A stretch of DNA of 64,000 bases from a candidate division WOR-3 bacterium (GCA_039804105.1 JBDRZU010000001.1:1088001-1152000), one strand, 5' to 3'. Numbered from the stretch's first letter, positions 9,107 to 19,754 are shown. Notes: generated by a model not told the origin, from the letters alone. Made by a program: numbers and translations.

Positions 9107-10273
9107 AAAAACTGTTATAGAACTTTTTCTATAAATTAAAATATCATTTGGAGTTTGTAAATATTCTTTATTTGCAGGAAAAACTTTGATTTTATAATCT
9201 GTCATTTTTGGTTTTCCTTCTTTCATAAAATCATCAAACCTTCTTTTAAAAATATTTATCGCTTCATCATTTCCCCAGAAGTATACTTTTTTGTTCTGCA
9301 ATAATGCTATTCCACTTCCCCTTGTTCTAACAAATATGCCATAACAAACATTCTTCTTGAATCCTTCAAGAGGATAGTAACTTATAAAATTTTGATCTAC
9401 AATCGAAAGATAGAAGAGAAAATCGTCTATCTCTTCTTCAGAAAATTTTTCGAACATATTTGAAAGTTCAAAATCTATTGATGCTTCATCTTCTATTATT
9501 TTTTTCAAACTTTTTAAACTGTTTTCATAATAAGAGTAATGTGAAACAATAGAAAAATTACCTTTTAATGGAAAGAAATGCACATGTTTGTAAACTCTTC
9601 CTTCGAGTTTATCCTCTTTTGTTTTTTCAAGCCCAACAATTACCTGATAACCTCTTGTTGAAAGCGGAGCAACGATTTTGCCTCCCACTTTTAATTGTTC
9701 GATCCAGAAACTTGTTATATCCGCAACAGTGCATGAAACAAATATTCTATCGTATGGAGCAAAATCAGAAATTCCATAACCACCATCTCCTTTTTCAATG
9801 TATATATTTTGAAGATTTATTTTTTTCATATTTTTTTTCAAAATTTCGAACACATAATCGTTCATCTCTACTGTAAATATATGGCCATTTTTAATAATAT
9901 CTGCCAATAAAGCAGTTGTATATCCCACTCCCGATCCAATTTCTAGTATTTTGTTTCCATCATGTATATCAAGAAGTTTTAACATATAAAAAATTACAGC
10001 GGGAGAGGATATTGAAGTTATTGTATCACCATTGATATAAAAATTTATCGAATTCTCAGTGTATACAGTTCTCAAAAGAACTGGATCAGAGAAAATTTCA
10101 TCTATCGTCTTTTTTACTTTTTTGTCATTTAAACAAAGACAAACATTATCTATAAAATCCAATCTGTTGAACTTAAAATAACTCTCAACCATTTTTTGAT
10201 CTACCTGTCCAAATTTTTCTTCAATCTTTTTTAGTATATTTTTGTCCAACTCTTTTAATTCTTCTTTTTCCAT
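9098..10273 (-). CDS. pcm: Protein-L-isoaspartate O-methyltransferase family protein with C-terminal extension
   Basis: SISSP, ILEIGSGVGYTTALLA, GDGGYG..APYDRIFV, WIEQLKVGGKIVAP; 391 aa. Confidence 0.8.
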   Translation of the reverse strand: MEKEELKELDKNILKKIEEKFGQVDQKMVESYFKFNRLDFIDNVCLCLNDKKVKKTIDEIFSDPVLLRTVYTENSINFYINGDTITSISSPAVIFYMLKLLDIHDGNKILEIGSGVGYTTALLADIIKNGHIFTVEMNDYVFEILKKNMKKINLQNIYIEKGDGGYGISDFAPYDRIFVSCTVADITSFWIEQLKVGGKIVAPLSTRGYQVIVGLEKTKEDKLEGRVYKHVHFFPLKGNFSIVSHYSYYENSLKSLKKIIEDEASIDFELSNMFEKFSEEEIDDFLFYLSIVDQNFISYYPLEGFKKNVCYGIFVRTRGSGIALLQNKKVYFWGNDEAINIFKRRFDDFMKEGKPKMTDYKIKVFPANKEYLQTPNDILIYRKSSITVFSK

Positions 10274-10274
10274 A

Positions 10275-11270
10275 TCAATTCCTTGAAAAAACTTTTATTC
10301 CTAAATCTGAAAACTCATTTTTTATAAATTTTAAATATGCAAGCCCAGCAGTTAATGCAGCATTGTCAGTGCAAAATTCAAAAAGAGGAATGTATATTTC
10401 ATCGATTCTGTTTTCAAAAAGTTTTTTAAATCTTTCTCTGAAATAACTGTTAGCGGAAACTCCTCCAGCAAGTGAAACAGATTTAATTCTATCCTTGTAA
10501 TCATGATAACATTTTTCAAATACATTTAAAAGTTGTTCAACTATTGCTTTCTGTAAAGATGCTGAAATGTGTTTAATATTTTCACTTACAAATTTTTCTC
10601 CCATTTTTTGAGTATAATACAAAACTGAAGTTTTTAAACCACTAAAAGAAAAATCGTATCCATCAAGTTTAGAAACAGGAAATTTATAAAAATTTTCATC
10701 TCCATTTTTCGCAACACTTTCAATAACCGGACCTCCAGGATAACCAAGATTCAAAATTTTTGCACATTTATCAAACGCTTCCCCCGCAGCATCATCTTTT
10801 GTTCTTCCGAGTAGTTCCACTTTAAAATCTTCATCCACATAAAATATTGAAGTGTGTCCCCCAGAAACAACCAAACTTAACATCGGTAATTTTATATTTT
10901 TGTATGTTAAAACATTTCCATAAATATGCCCAACAATATGATCTGTTGTTATAAGCTTTTTATTATGTCTTATACATACCGCCTCGGCAAAGGATACTCC
11001 AACCATTAAAGAACCAACAAGACCTGGTCCATTAACAACTGATATTGCATCTATATCTTGAATCTTCAAATTTGCTTTTTTTAAAGATTCATTTGCAACA
11101 TTTAAAATAAAATTTACATGTTCTCTTGAAGAAAGATCTGGAACAACTCCACCGAACTTAGAATGAACAACTTGCGTTTTCACAACATTTGATAACACAT
11201 TCACTCCATCTTCAACAACAGAAACTGAAGTTTCATCACAGGAAGTTTCTATTCCAAGTATTTTTGTCAT
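10275..11270 (-). CDS. tsaD: tRNA N6-threonylcarbamoyltransferase TsaD
   Basis: ILGIETSCDETS, GGVVP, GPGL, HIVGH, VSGGHT, DDAAGEAFDK, YPGGP, CTDNAA. Confidence 0.97.
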   Translation of the reverse strand: MTKILGIETSCDETSVSVVEDGVNVLSNVVKTQVVHSKFGGVVPDLSSREHVNFILNVANESLKKANLKIQDIDAISVVNGPGLVGSLMVGVSFAEAVCIRHNKKLITTDHIVGHIYGNVLTYKNIKLPMLSLVVSGGHTSIFYVDEDFKVELLGRTKDDAAGEAFDKCAKILNLGYPGGPVIESVAKNGDENFYKFPVSKLDGYDFSFSGLKTSVLYYTQKMGEKFVSENIKHISASLQKAIVEQLLNVFEKCYHDYKDRIKSVSLAGGVSANSYFRERFKKLFENRIDEIYIPLFEFCTDNAALTAGLAYLKFIKNEFSDLGIKVFSRN

Positions 11271-12196
11271 CTAACAACCACCTTGATCTCTGATGGATTC
11301 ACATTTTTTATTCTAACAAATTCTTTGATTGGCTGATTAACTCTTAAAATATATTCTCCTTTTTTTTCTATTGAAGAAAGATCAATAGTCAAAGTTAATT
11401 CTCCAGGAAGCATATTTTTTATCAAAGATTCTGGACCTTCAACTTCAACTGTAGCACTTAAACTATCAGGTAAAATCTTCAAATTTTTATTTTTGTTAAC
11501 AAAAAGAACTGGAACATCTTGAAAAATTTTAGCAATTTTTCTCTCAATAAAAAACTTAACATTTATATAATGGGTTTCGTATTCTATAAATTCACTAATC
11601 TTTTTAAGTTTTGTTTTTAAAGATAAACTTTTTTTAAGTTCGGAAAGATCTATTTCTTCACTCTCAACAAAATCAAGATCTTTGATCAAAATTTCAGGTC
11701 CAGATATTTTTATTCTCTTCGGTTCAAACTCAACATCTTTATAAAATGAAATATTTTGGTTCAAAACACCTTTAAATTTTAAAACTACATTAACATCTTT
11801 TATAATTTTTCTATTAATATAATATTTTAAAATCCTTTTACCTTTGAATTTAATCGGCACCAAATTAACCTGCTGTGGAATTAAAAGATTATCAAAGTTC
11901 AACTCTTCTTCATTTTCTCTTAAATCATAATTTTCGACTCGTATCTCATATTGAGGGAAAATTTTTAACAATTTCATCATCATAAAATCTTTTCTCTTCC
12001 CTGAAAATTCAATTTCTATCTCACTTCCATCATAGATAAAAAAAGTCATATCTTCATCATCTGTAATTATATTAACCCTGACTGGAAAAGTTATAACCAA
12101 ATCTTCCTGAATAAAAGCATAGAACCAAATCAAAAAACCTATGAGTAATGAAATTAATTTTAACGAGATGTTTGTTTTAAAAAAATTTTTGTTCAT
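11267..12196 (-). CDS. YbbR/CdaR-like domain protein
   Basis: N-terminal LKLISLLIGFLIWF anchor; repeated EPKRIKISGP / VEVEGP / PSEIKV YbbR-type motifs. Confidence 0.75.
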   Translation of the reverse strand: MNKNFFKTNISLKLISLLIGFLIWFYAFIQEDLVITFPVRVNIITDDEDMTFFIYDGSEIEIEFSGKRKDFMMMKLLKIFPQYEIRVENYDLRENEEELNFDNLLIPQQVNLVPIKFKGKRILKYYINRKIIKDVNVVLKFKGVLNQNISFYKDVEFEPKRIKISGPEILIKDLDFVESEEIDLSELKKSLSLKTKLKKISEFIEYETHYINVKFFIERKIAKIFQDVPVLFVNKNKNLKILPDSLSATVEVEGPESLIKNMLPGELTLTIDLSSIEKKGEYILRVNQPIKEFVRIKNVNPSEIKVVVR

Positions 12197-12404
12197 AAGT
12201 TTATATTATAATAAAGAAATAAAATGTCAACAAAATGATTTTACAAATTTCTAAGTTTTTATATTTTTACACTTATGGCTATTTTTATTTTTTTAAAAAA
12301 TCAATAAAAATTTTAAGTTGTTTAAAATTTATAAGTTATAAAAAAAAGTTTGATGTTTTTGGAAAATCGTCTATAATTGTTAAAAAATAAAAGGAGAGAA
12401 ATGT

Positions 12405-13892
12405 ATGAATACTCGTATAAAAGAACTTTATGGAACTGTTACAGATACTTTTAAAAATCTTTTGGTAAATTACCAGAAAGAGAGATGGAACTTTTTAACA
12501 AATGCTACAAGTGAAAACAAAAAAAGATTACTTCATTCAGTAGATGAAATAGAAAATTTTATCAACTTTGATAAAGATTTTGTTGAAATTTTTACACTTC
12601 TAAAAAAATTTCCTAAAAAGTTTACAGATTCAGAAAAAGAAATTTTAAATCAGATAAAAAAAATCTCTGAAATTATTAAAAAAACTCCTCAACAGGAAGA
12701 ATATTTTGAAACGTTTTTAACAATCTTAATGGACCTGATCAACGATAGAATAAACTTTAACAATAAAGAGACAACAACGAGTCATCTTGCTGATCTTGCC
12801 GAGCATGAAACCTCATTACAGGAAATAAGAAAAATTCAGGTACATTTTTTCAGTCCAATCGAAAAATTTAAAACAAAAATTGAAAATCTTCTTGTTTTAA
12901 GAAATGAATATGTCAAAAGTAAAAATTATAAAAACTATTTTGAATTTTTCATAAAGATGAACGATTTGAAAGAAAAAGAAATTTTTAAAGATATAGACGA
13001 GTTGGACACTCTAACAAAAGATGAATTTAAAAAATTAAAAACACAACTGGAAAATGATCTGGAAAAAAAGTTAAAAGTTCAGGCGAAAGGCAATCCTTCT
13101 TACATTTATGGAGATCCATTCTTCCGAACATATCCAGTTCATCTTGATGATAATGTAAACACAATGTTTAAGGGTAAAGATATCGCTTACACTGGAAAAA
13201 AATTCTTTGAAATAATGGGTTATGACCTCTCTGATATTTATGAAGTTTCAGATCTTTATATAAGACCAGGAAAATACCAATATCCTTTTATTATTGATTT
13301 AGATGGAAGTGATATAAGATTCTCGGTGAATACCAAATCAAATTTCAGAGGAACATACTGGGTTTTGAGAACACTTTCAAAAGTTGTTTACAAACTTGAA
13401 AAATCAAAAAATAAAAATTTCTTTGGAAGAGATAATTTTGACAGAATAAAAATGGAGGCATTCGGAATCATTGTAACCAATTTTGCTTTCAAATCTGGCT
13501 TGATATCAAGGATCTCATCTCAATACGAGGATGAAGAGGATGTACTTTCTTTAGATATTTCAGATTATGTTGAAAAAAACAATATAATACTCTCAAGGTT
13601 TTTTCTTACACTGTCAAATTTTGAAATTGATATAAACAATATTGAAAAGATTAACAATATTTCAGATATCTGGTTGAAAAACATAAAAAAATATCAAATG
13701 ATTGAACCTAAAGATGTTTTTAACAAAGATGGGTGGGTACTGATCGATTCTATTATAACGGATCCATTCTCTTCTATTTTTGAAGTTGAAGGATTTTTAC
13801 TTTCAAAAAAACTTGAAAAGAAAATAGATTTTAAAAATTTAAAACAGAAATTATTTGTGAAAACAATTTTTGAAATGCTTGAAAATATATAA
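12405..13892 (+). CDS. M2/M3-family metallopeptidase homologue lacking HExxH
   Basis: YGDPFF, SDLYIRPGKY, DIRFSVN resemble bacterial peptidyl-dipeptidase A; zinc-motif position reads LRTLSKVVY. Confidence 0.6.
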   Translation: MNTRIKELYGTVTDTFKNLLVNYQKERWNFLTNATSENKKRLLHSVDEIENFINFDKDFVEIFTLLKKFPKKFTDSEKEILNQIKKISEIIKKTPQQEEYFETFLTILMDLINDRINFNNKETTTSHLADLAEHETSLQEIRKIQVHFFSPIEKFKTKIENLLVLRNEYVKSKNYKNYFEFFIKMNDLKEKEIFKDIDELDTLTKDEFKKLKTQLENDLEKKLKVQAKGNPSYIYGDPFFRTYPVHLDDNVNTMFKGKDIAYTGKKFFEIMGYDLSDIYEVSDLYIRPGKYQYPFIIDLDGSDIRFSVNTKSNFRGTYWVLRTLSKVVYKLEKSKNKNFFGRDNFDRIKMEAFGIIVTNFAFKSGLISRISSQYEDEEDVLSLDISDYVEKNNIILSRFFLTLSNFEIDINNIEKINNISDIWLKNIKKYQMIEPKDVFNKDGWVLIDSIITDPFSSIFEVEGFLLSKKLEKKIDFKNLKQKLFVKTIFEMLENI

Positions 13893-13899
13893 TTTTGAT

Positions 13900-14763
13900 G
13901 TGATAAAAAATATTTTATTGCTATTCTTTTTAATAATATCTTCTACTTTAAATGCATATACTTTTATTGTGTTTTCTTTTAATCAGAATTTGTTAAAAGA
14001 AAATGAATTTTTAATCTATTCAGATGATAAATTCCTCTCATTAAGTTTTGATTCTCTTAAGAATACCTCATTTATCGCAGTTTTTGATTTTTCGTACAGG
14101 GCAAAAATGTTCTGGGGCCCAACAAAGATTTCTTACGAGGACAAAATCTTATATTTCGATTTCAATGAAAACATTTTGTTTACTTTTAATCAGTTAAATG
14201 AACTTGAAAACGATGTTTTCTTAGATGATACAACTCTTGCTAAAGCATCCTTTGTAAATAATCTCAAAGACCTCAATAATGTTATGTATGGCATTTTTCA
14301 GTTGAATCATAATGAAAAAGATTTTTATTTCTTCTCCTGTGCCTATGAAAAAAATGATATTTTAAAAACTTATTTTGATATAAAAAACTACTATGAAGAA
14401 AAAAATTTCGACTCTTTAAAAACCATTTTTAAAAGATTACACAAAATTTATCCAAACAATAAAGATTTTTTCCAGTTTTACATATTATCTTTACTCGATT
14501 GTGCAGAGTTTAACGAAGCATATTCATATATGGACACATATCTTATAAAATTTGATGATGACACTTTCTACTATTCGATCAAAGGAAACATTCAAGCAAT
14601 CTGGGGAAATCTTGAAAAAGCAAAAAATTATTTTGAAAAGGGAAGAAAAAAATATCCAGAATCTTTAACACTTTTAAACGATATTTTGAATGTATATTCT
14701 ATAACAGATTCATTAAAATTTGATGAATATAAAAATTATCTCGATTTAAAATTGAAAAGATAA
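13900..14763 (+). CDS. Secreted TPR-containing hypothetical protein (GTG start proposed)
   Basis: Signal-like N-terminus; helical TPR-like C-terminus (YYSIKGNIQAIWGNLEKAKNYFEKG). Confidence 0.55.
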   Translation: MIKNILLLFFLIISSTLNAYTFIVFSFNQNLLKENEFLIYSDDKFLSLSFDSLKNTSFIAVFDFSYRAKMFWGPTKISYEDKILYFDFNENILFTFNQLNELENDVFLDDTTLAKASFVNNLKDLNNVMYGIFQLNHNEKDFYFFSCAYEKNDILKTYFDIKNYYEEKNFDSLKTIFKRLHKIYPNNKDFFQFYILSLLDCAEFNEAYSYMDTYLIKFDDDTFYYSIKGNIQAIWGNLEKAKNYFEKGRKKYPESLTLLNDILNVYSITDSLKFDEYKNYLDLKLKR

Positions 14764-14818
14764 AATCTTGACTTTTTTAATGTTTATGTTAATTTAAAAT
14801 TTAATAAGGAGCGTGAAT

Positions 14819-15484
14819 ATGAAAAGATTATTAATGATCGTCTTTTTCATGTTGATTTCAACACTTTTATACTCTCAGAATTATTACAAAGATACACTAA
14901 AATTTGAAACCAGGAATGTAAAATGTATTTATGAGTATCCAGTTTTAAAAGGAGAAAAATATAATATTGTAAATAAACAATTGAAAGAAAAAATTTTCCA
15001 GATGTTTGAAAACGACTATAAAAATCTTTGTGATCTTTCAAAAATGGATACTTTTTTTTCCAATATTACATTCTATTCTGAACTTTCATGTTCGATTTTT
15101 TCAATAAATGATACTTTTTTAAGTATAAGATTCTATAATGAATCTTTTTCCGGTGGAGCACATCCATCTCATAATTTTTTTTCTTATAACTATAATTTTA
15201 AACTTGGAAGAGAGTTTGAATTTAAAGATCATAATGTAGAAAAAAATGCACTAAAAAAAATTTCAGAATATTGCAAAAAAGAAATAAAAAAACAGTTGAA
15301 AGAAAAAAATGAACAAAATATTGATTTTGAAATTCCAGCCAATATAGAAACATTTAAAATTTTTAACATAGATAAAAATGGAATATACTTTACTTTCAAC
15401 GAATACGAATTTTTACCTTATTATCTGGGCAGTTTTTCTGTTTTTATACCACATAATGAATTTAGTAAATTTACAACAAAATAA
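14819..15484 (+). CDS. RsiV/PdaC (DUF3298) family secreted protein
   Basis: Signal peptide, GGAHP, GIYFTFNEYEFLPYYLG; SD AGGAG 7 nt before ATG 14819. Confidence 0.75.
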   Translation: MKRLLMIVFFMLISTLLYSQNYYKDTLKFETRNVKCIYEYPVLKGEKYNIVNKQLKEKIFQMFENDYKNLCDLSKMDTFFSNITFYSELSCSIFSINDTFLSIRFYNESFSGGAHPSHNFFSYNYNFKLGREFEFKDHNVEKNALKKISEYCKKEIKKQLKEKNEQNIDFEIPANIETFKIFNIDKNGIYFTFNEYEFLPYYLGSFSVFIPHNEFSKFTTK

Positions 15485-15547
15485 GATCTTTAATTGTTGA
15501 CTTTGACTTTTTTATGTTTAAAATTTCTATTTGATTGAGGAGAATGT

Positions 15548-16366
15548 TTGTTTAAATTAAGATTTTGGGGAGTAAGGGGTTCAGTCCCTTCTCCAGGAAA
15601 AGAAACAAACTTTTTTGGTGGTAATACAACATGTGTTTCAATTGAAAACAATAAAACTTTTTTAATAATAGATGCAGGAACTGGAATCAGAAATATCAAT
15701 TTTTATTTAAATGAAAGAAAAATTGATAAAATCTATATAATTTTTACACACTATCATTGGGACCATTTACAGGGTTTACCCTTTTTTGCTCCAATATTTA
15801 ATCCCCAGATTAAGATTGAAATTTTTGGTAAAAAAAATGTTTCTGAAGTTTTATCTTTACAGATGAAACAACCATATTTCCCTGCAGATTATAAAAATCT
15901 TCCTTCAAAAATTGAACATAAAAATTTACAGAAAAAATTTAATATAGAAGACATTTTCATTGAAACTATCGAGAATAACCATCCATCAGGTTGTGTTGGA
16001 TTAAAGTTCACTTACAAAAATAGAAAAATATCTTTCATAACGGACAATGAACTTCTTGATCATGGAGAAAATATAACGACCAAAAAAGATTTTTCAGATT
16101 TTATAAAAGATACCGATATTTTTGTTCATGATGCACAATACACAAATAAAGAGATCGTATCGAAAAGGGGATGGGGACATTCTACTTTTGATGATGTTAT
16201 TGAAATAGCTAAAATGGGAGGAAACAAAAAAGTTGTTTTTACCCATCATGATCCGATGAGAAGAGATAAAGAATTAAAAGAGATAATAAATGGATTAAAG
16301 GAAAAAAATAAAAAACTTAAACTCACTGCTGCAAAAGAAGGAATGGAAATTAAATTCGATATCTAA
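15548..16366 (+). CDS. MBL-fold metallohydrolase (cyclic-nucleotide phosphodiesterase/ElaC-like subfamily)
   Basis: FWGVRGSVP, GGNTTC, DAGTG, THYHWDHLQG, HDAQY, GWGHS, HHDP. Confidence 0.85.
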   Translation: MFKLRFWGVRGSVPSPGKETNFFGGNTTCVSIENNKTFLIIDAGTGIRNINFYLNERKIDKIYIIFTHYHWDHLQGLPFFAPIFNPQIKIEIFGKKNVSEVLSLQMKQPYFPADYKNLPSKIEHKNLQKKFNIEDIFIETIENNHPSGCVGLKFTYKNRKISFITDNELLDHGENITTKKDFSDFIKDTDIFVHDAQYTNKEIVSKRGWGHSTFDDVIEIAKMGGNKKVVFTHHDPMRRDKELKEIINGLKEKNKKLKLTAAKEGMEIKFDI

Positions 16367-17367
16367 TGAGATACAATTTTAATCTGTTTATTGTATTCTC
16401 CATCATTATAACAATAGTGATTTCATTAGGTTTTTATAATATATTCCACCTATCCTCCGATGGAGTAATTTATGAGGAAAAAGATGATAAAACGATTGAA
16501 ATAGTTTATATAAAACCATCTTCATCCGGTTTTTTTACAAATCTTGAAGTTGATGATAAAATAGTTGCTGTAAATGGAAAAATACCAAAATCTTTATCAG
16601 ATCTCAAAGGAAACATTATTGAAAAAGGTGGTGCAGGAAGAATCTTAATTTACACGATAGCAAGAGGGAAACAGATTTTAAACATTCCAGTTAAACTTGG
16701 ATACTATTATTCAAGAAGTTTTTTTATAACCGAAATGATAATCGTTTCGCTTTTTTTATTCCTTTCTTTTCTTTTTTACATTTCTTTTGAAGAGAATTCC
16801 ATGGAAAGTTTTTATGTTTTCCTTTTTTACTCTTTAGTTTCTGTCACTCATATCTTTTCTTTAGTTTCATTTATCACTTATCAACTCTATATTTTTTTAA
16901 TAATCTCCGCTTCCTTTTTACCAGCGATAATAATCCATTTTTCTTTAATTTTAAGAAAGGATCTTAAAAGAGAATATATTGTCATCACTTATTTAACATC
17001 TTCCTTTATATTCTTTGTCTGGTTATTTTCATATCTCATTTTCGCTTTCACTTTAACAAAACAAAGTTTGAACAACCTAATGACAACTGTAAAAATTACT
17101 CAGTTTTTAATGGGAATTATGACACTTGTTGGAATTTTTTCTATGGTTTATTCTATTTACTCAAATATAAGAGAAAAAAAGTTCGATCTTGTAACGATTA
17201 CATCCATTTTGTTTCTTATGGGATTTTTACCATATATATTTCTCTATGCTTTTCCTGTTGCTTTTGGAAAACAAGAGATTTTGCCTGTAAACATGTGTAT
17301 TAGTTTCTCAATAATACCCCTTTTTTCAATTTTGATTTATAAGTTTTTTTCAAAATCTAAATTATGA
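16366..17367 (+). CDS. PDZ-domain multi-pass membrane protein
   Basis: TM1, PDZ-like IVYIKPSSSG..LEVDDKIVAVNG, then about 7 hydrophobic segments. Confidence 0.65.
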   Translation: MRYNFNLFIVFSIIITIVISLGFYNIFHLSSDGVIYEEKDDKTIEIVYIKPSSSGFFTNLEVDDKIVAVNGKIPKSLSDLKGNIIEKGGAGRILIYTIARGKQILNIPVKLGYYYSRSFFITEMIIVSLFLFLSFLFYISFEENSMESFYVFLFYSLVSVTHIFSLVSFITYQLYIFLIISASFLPAIIIHFSLILRKDLKREYIVITYLTSSFIFFVWLFSYLIFAFTLTKQSLNNLMTTVKITQFLMGIMTLVGIFSMVYSIYSNIREKKFDLVTITSILFLMGFLPYIFLYAFPVAFGKQEILPVNMCISFSIIPLFSILIYKFFSKSKL

Positions 17368-18368
17368 ACAAAATTAAAAAAATATTTATCATTTTTTCTT
17401 TTTTGTTTTGTCTTTTAATCCAAATATATGCAACCTATAAAGTTTTTTTGATATCTACAGATAAAGCTGTTTATGAAGAAAAAGAGGATGGAATATATTT
17501 CAAATATATCCCAACTCAAAGTAATCTGTTTAAAACAGATGCTGCAATAGGTGATAAACTTATTTCAGTAAATGATATAAAAATAGAGAATAAACATTAT
17601 TTGCATAATCTGATCTTTGATAGAACGAAACCTTCGACTGTTGTTCTTTACAAAGCATTTGATGGAGAAAAACTAAAAATTTTTTCTTTAGAACTTGAAA
17701 AAAGATTTTCGAATTTTGATATACTATTCTCATTTTTCCTGGGGTTATCATTTTTGTTTTTAATTTTTTTAATTTTTTTAAATTATCTTCCTTCGAAAAC
17801 AAATTTTTCTTTCTTTTTTATGTTCCTAACATTATCGTTTATTTCAGTTTTCATCAATGTTCCTTTCAGTAACAGATTGTTATATCTATCTTTTATAATA
17901 TTCTGTTTGTTGAATCAGATATCATTATTCATTTTTACAAAACATTTTCTTACCAATATCAAATATTTTTTTATTTCTTATTTGATTTTTGGTTTGACTT
18001 TGATATCTATAATTTTATGGGCTATACATTACTATTATTGGACAACAACATTAAAAGTATCAGATTACAGAAATCTTATGAATTTTGTTCGATTTTTTCA
18101 GTTAAGTATATCTTTAAATATGATACACTCAATAGTGATAATAATGAAAAAAATTTTCAAACTTTATGAAAAAAATTCTCCAGTTGAATATTTTGTTGCT
18201 GCTTATTCTTTTATTTTCATTATTCTAACATATCCAATTTTTTATTCGTTACCGATAATATTAAGAAAAAAGGAACTCATACCATTTTATTTTTTCTTTT
18301 TATTCTATTTTATAGCTTTAATTTTAATGTTAAGATATAAAAAAAGATTACAAAAAGTTTTCTTATAA
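17364..18368 (+). CDS. PDZ-domain multi-pass membrane protein, paralogue of the preceding gene
   Basis: AVYEEKEDG vs VIYEEKDD; GDKLISVND; YSLPIILRKKELIP vs YAFPVAFGKQEILP; same length and TM layout. Confidence 0.6.
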   Translation: MNKIKKIFIIFSFLFCLLIQIYATYKVFLISTDKAVYEEKEDGIYFKYIPTQSNLFKTDAAIGDKLISVNDIKIENKHYLHNLIFDRTKPSTVVLYKAFDGEKLKIFSLELEKRFSNFDILFSFFLGLSFLFLIFLIFLNYLPSKTNFSFFFMFLTLSFISVFINVPFSNRLLYLSFIIFCLLNQISLFIFTKHFLTNIKYFFISYLIFGLTLISIILWAIHYYYWTTTLKVSDYRNLMNFVRFFQLSISLNMIHSIVIIMKKIFKLYEKNSPVEYFVAAYSFIFIILTYPIFYSLPIILRKKELIPFYFFFLFYFIALILMLRYKKRLQKVFL

Positions 18369-19754
18369 ATGAAAAAAGAATACTTATACTATATCATAAT
18401 CATTGCCGGAATTATTCTCTTTCTTGAATTATCATTTTCTTTTATTTTATATACAAATATAAGAAACGATATCAGACAGGACTGCTTCATAAACAATCAG
18501 TTGAATTTAAAAAAGATTATTTTACTTATAAACTCTAATCTGTTTTCTATTTTACAGGAAGAAAATGTTGTAAAAGATATTTATTTTGAAGCTCAAAATA
18601 AATATAATACAAATTTTTTCATAAATAATAATAATCTTTATATTAAAAATGAAGAGAAAACTTATAAAGTTCCTGAAGAAAGTAAAAATATTCTTTTTGA
18701 TATTTTCTTAGAGAGAAAAGAAAATGGAAAAAATTTTTCAATATTTCTCGATTATGAGCAAATTCCAGAGGAGATAAAAGAACAACTTGATAAATATTGT
18801 TTACTGAACAGTTCTTATGGTTTTTTCGAAACAAAAAATTATCTTGTCAATTATAAAAAATCATCTTTTAAGGGATTACCAAACTATACTCTAATATTTT
18901 GGGAGGATAAAGATCTTGAATTCAAACATTTTAACGATATATTGTTTCTTTTTGTTTCAATTCACATTTTAGTTTTGATATTTATTTCAACATTCATAGC
19001 TTTCTACATAAACGCATTCTATACAGTTATAAAAATGGAAGAGGAAGCAAAAAAGAATCTTGAACTTCTAAGAATAAATAGAACTTTGACTATAGAAAAA
19101 TTCAGTGAAGCAATCGTTCATAATATCAACAATCCATTAACAACCGTGTATGGTTATATACAGATCCTTGTAAAAAAGAAACCAGAACTTATCAGTCAGT
19201 TCAAACTTGATAAAGTTTTGGAAAATATTGAATTTATATCAAACCAGTTAAAATTATTGCTGAACAAAAAAGTTTCTGAAACAGAAGAGTATATTGATAT
19301 AAATGAATTCATAAAAAATGAGTTAAAATTTTTAGAGCAAACTTTAAGATCTGAAAATATAACAGCTTTCTTTTATGAGGAAACCGGAATTCCAAAAATA
19401 AAAATCAACAAAAACGATTTAAAAATGATTTTTGATAATCTGGTAGATAATGCTATCGATGCTCTTGAAAAATCAACATTAAAAAACATAATCATTCGAA
19501 CATATTATAAAAACCATAAAGTTTTTTTGGAAATCGAAGATTCAGGTGAAGGTATAACAGATGAAATAAAGGAAAAAATTTTTGATCTTTATTTCACTAC
19601 GAAAAATTCTCAAAAATTTTATAAAAGAGGTTCAGGAACCGGGATAGGACTTTATTCTGTTAAAAAGATAGTAGAAAATTATAATGGAAATATTACTTTT
19701 TCAACAATCTTTGGAAAGGGAACAACTTTTACCGTTTCATTTCCTGCTGATTAA
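18369..19754 (+). CDS. Membrane sensor histidine kinase (no response regulator in window)
   Basis: 2 TM, H-box HNINNPL, N-box NLVDNAIDA, DSGEG, FTTK, GTGIGL. Confidence 0.9.
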   Translation: MKKEYLYYIIIIAGIILFLELSFSFILYTNIRNDIRQDCFINNQLNLKKIILLINSNLFSILQEENVVKDIYFEAQNKYNTNFFINNNNLYIKNEEKTYKVPEESKNILFDIFLERKENGKNFSIFLDYEQIPEEIKEQLDKYCLLNSSYGFFETKNYLVNYKKSSFKGLPNYTLIFWEDKDLEFKHFNDILFLFVSIHILVLIFISTFIAFYINAFYTVIKMEEEAKKNLELLRINRTLTIEKFSEAIVHNINNPLTTVYGYIQILVKKKPELISQFKLDKVLENIEFISNQLKLLLNKKVSETEEYIDINEFIKNELKFLEQTLRSENITAFFYEETGIPKIKINKNDLKMIFDNLVDNAIDALEKSTLKNIIIRTYYKNHKVFLEIEDSGEGITDEIKEKIFDLYFTTKNSQKFYKRGSGTGIGLYSVKKIVENYNGNITFSTIFGKGTTFTVSFPAD

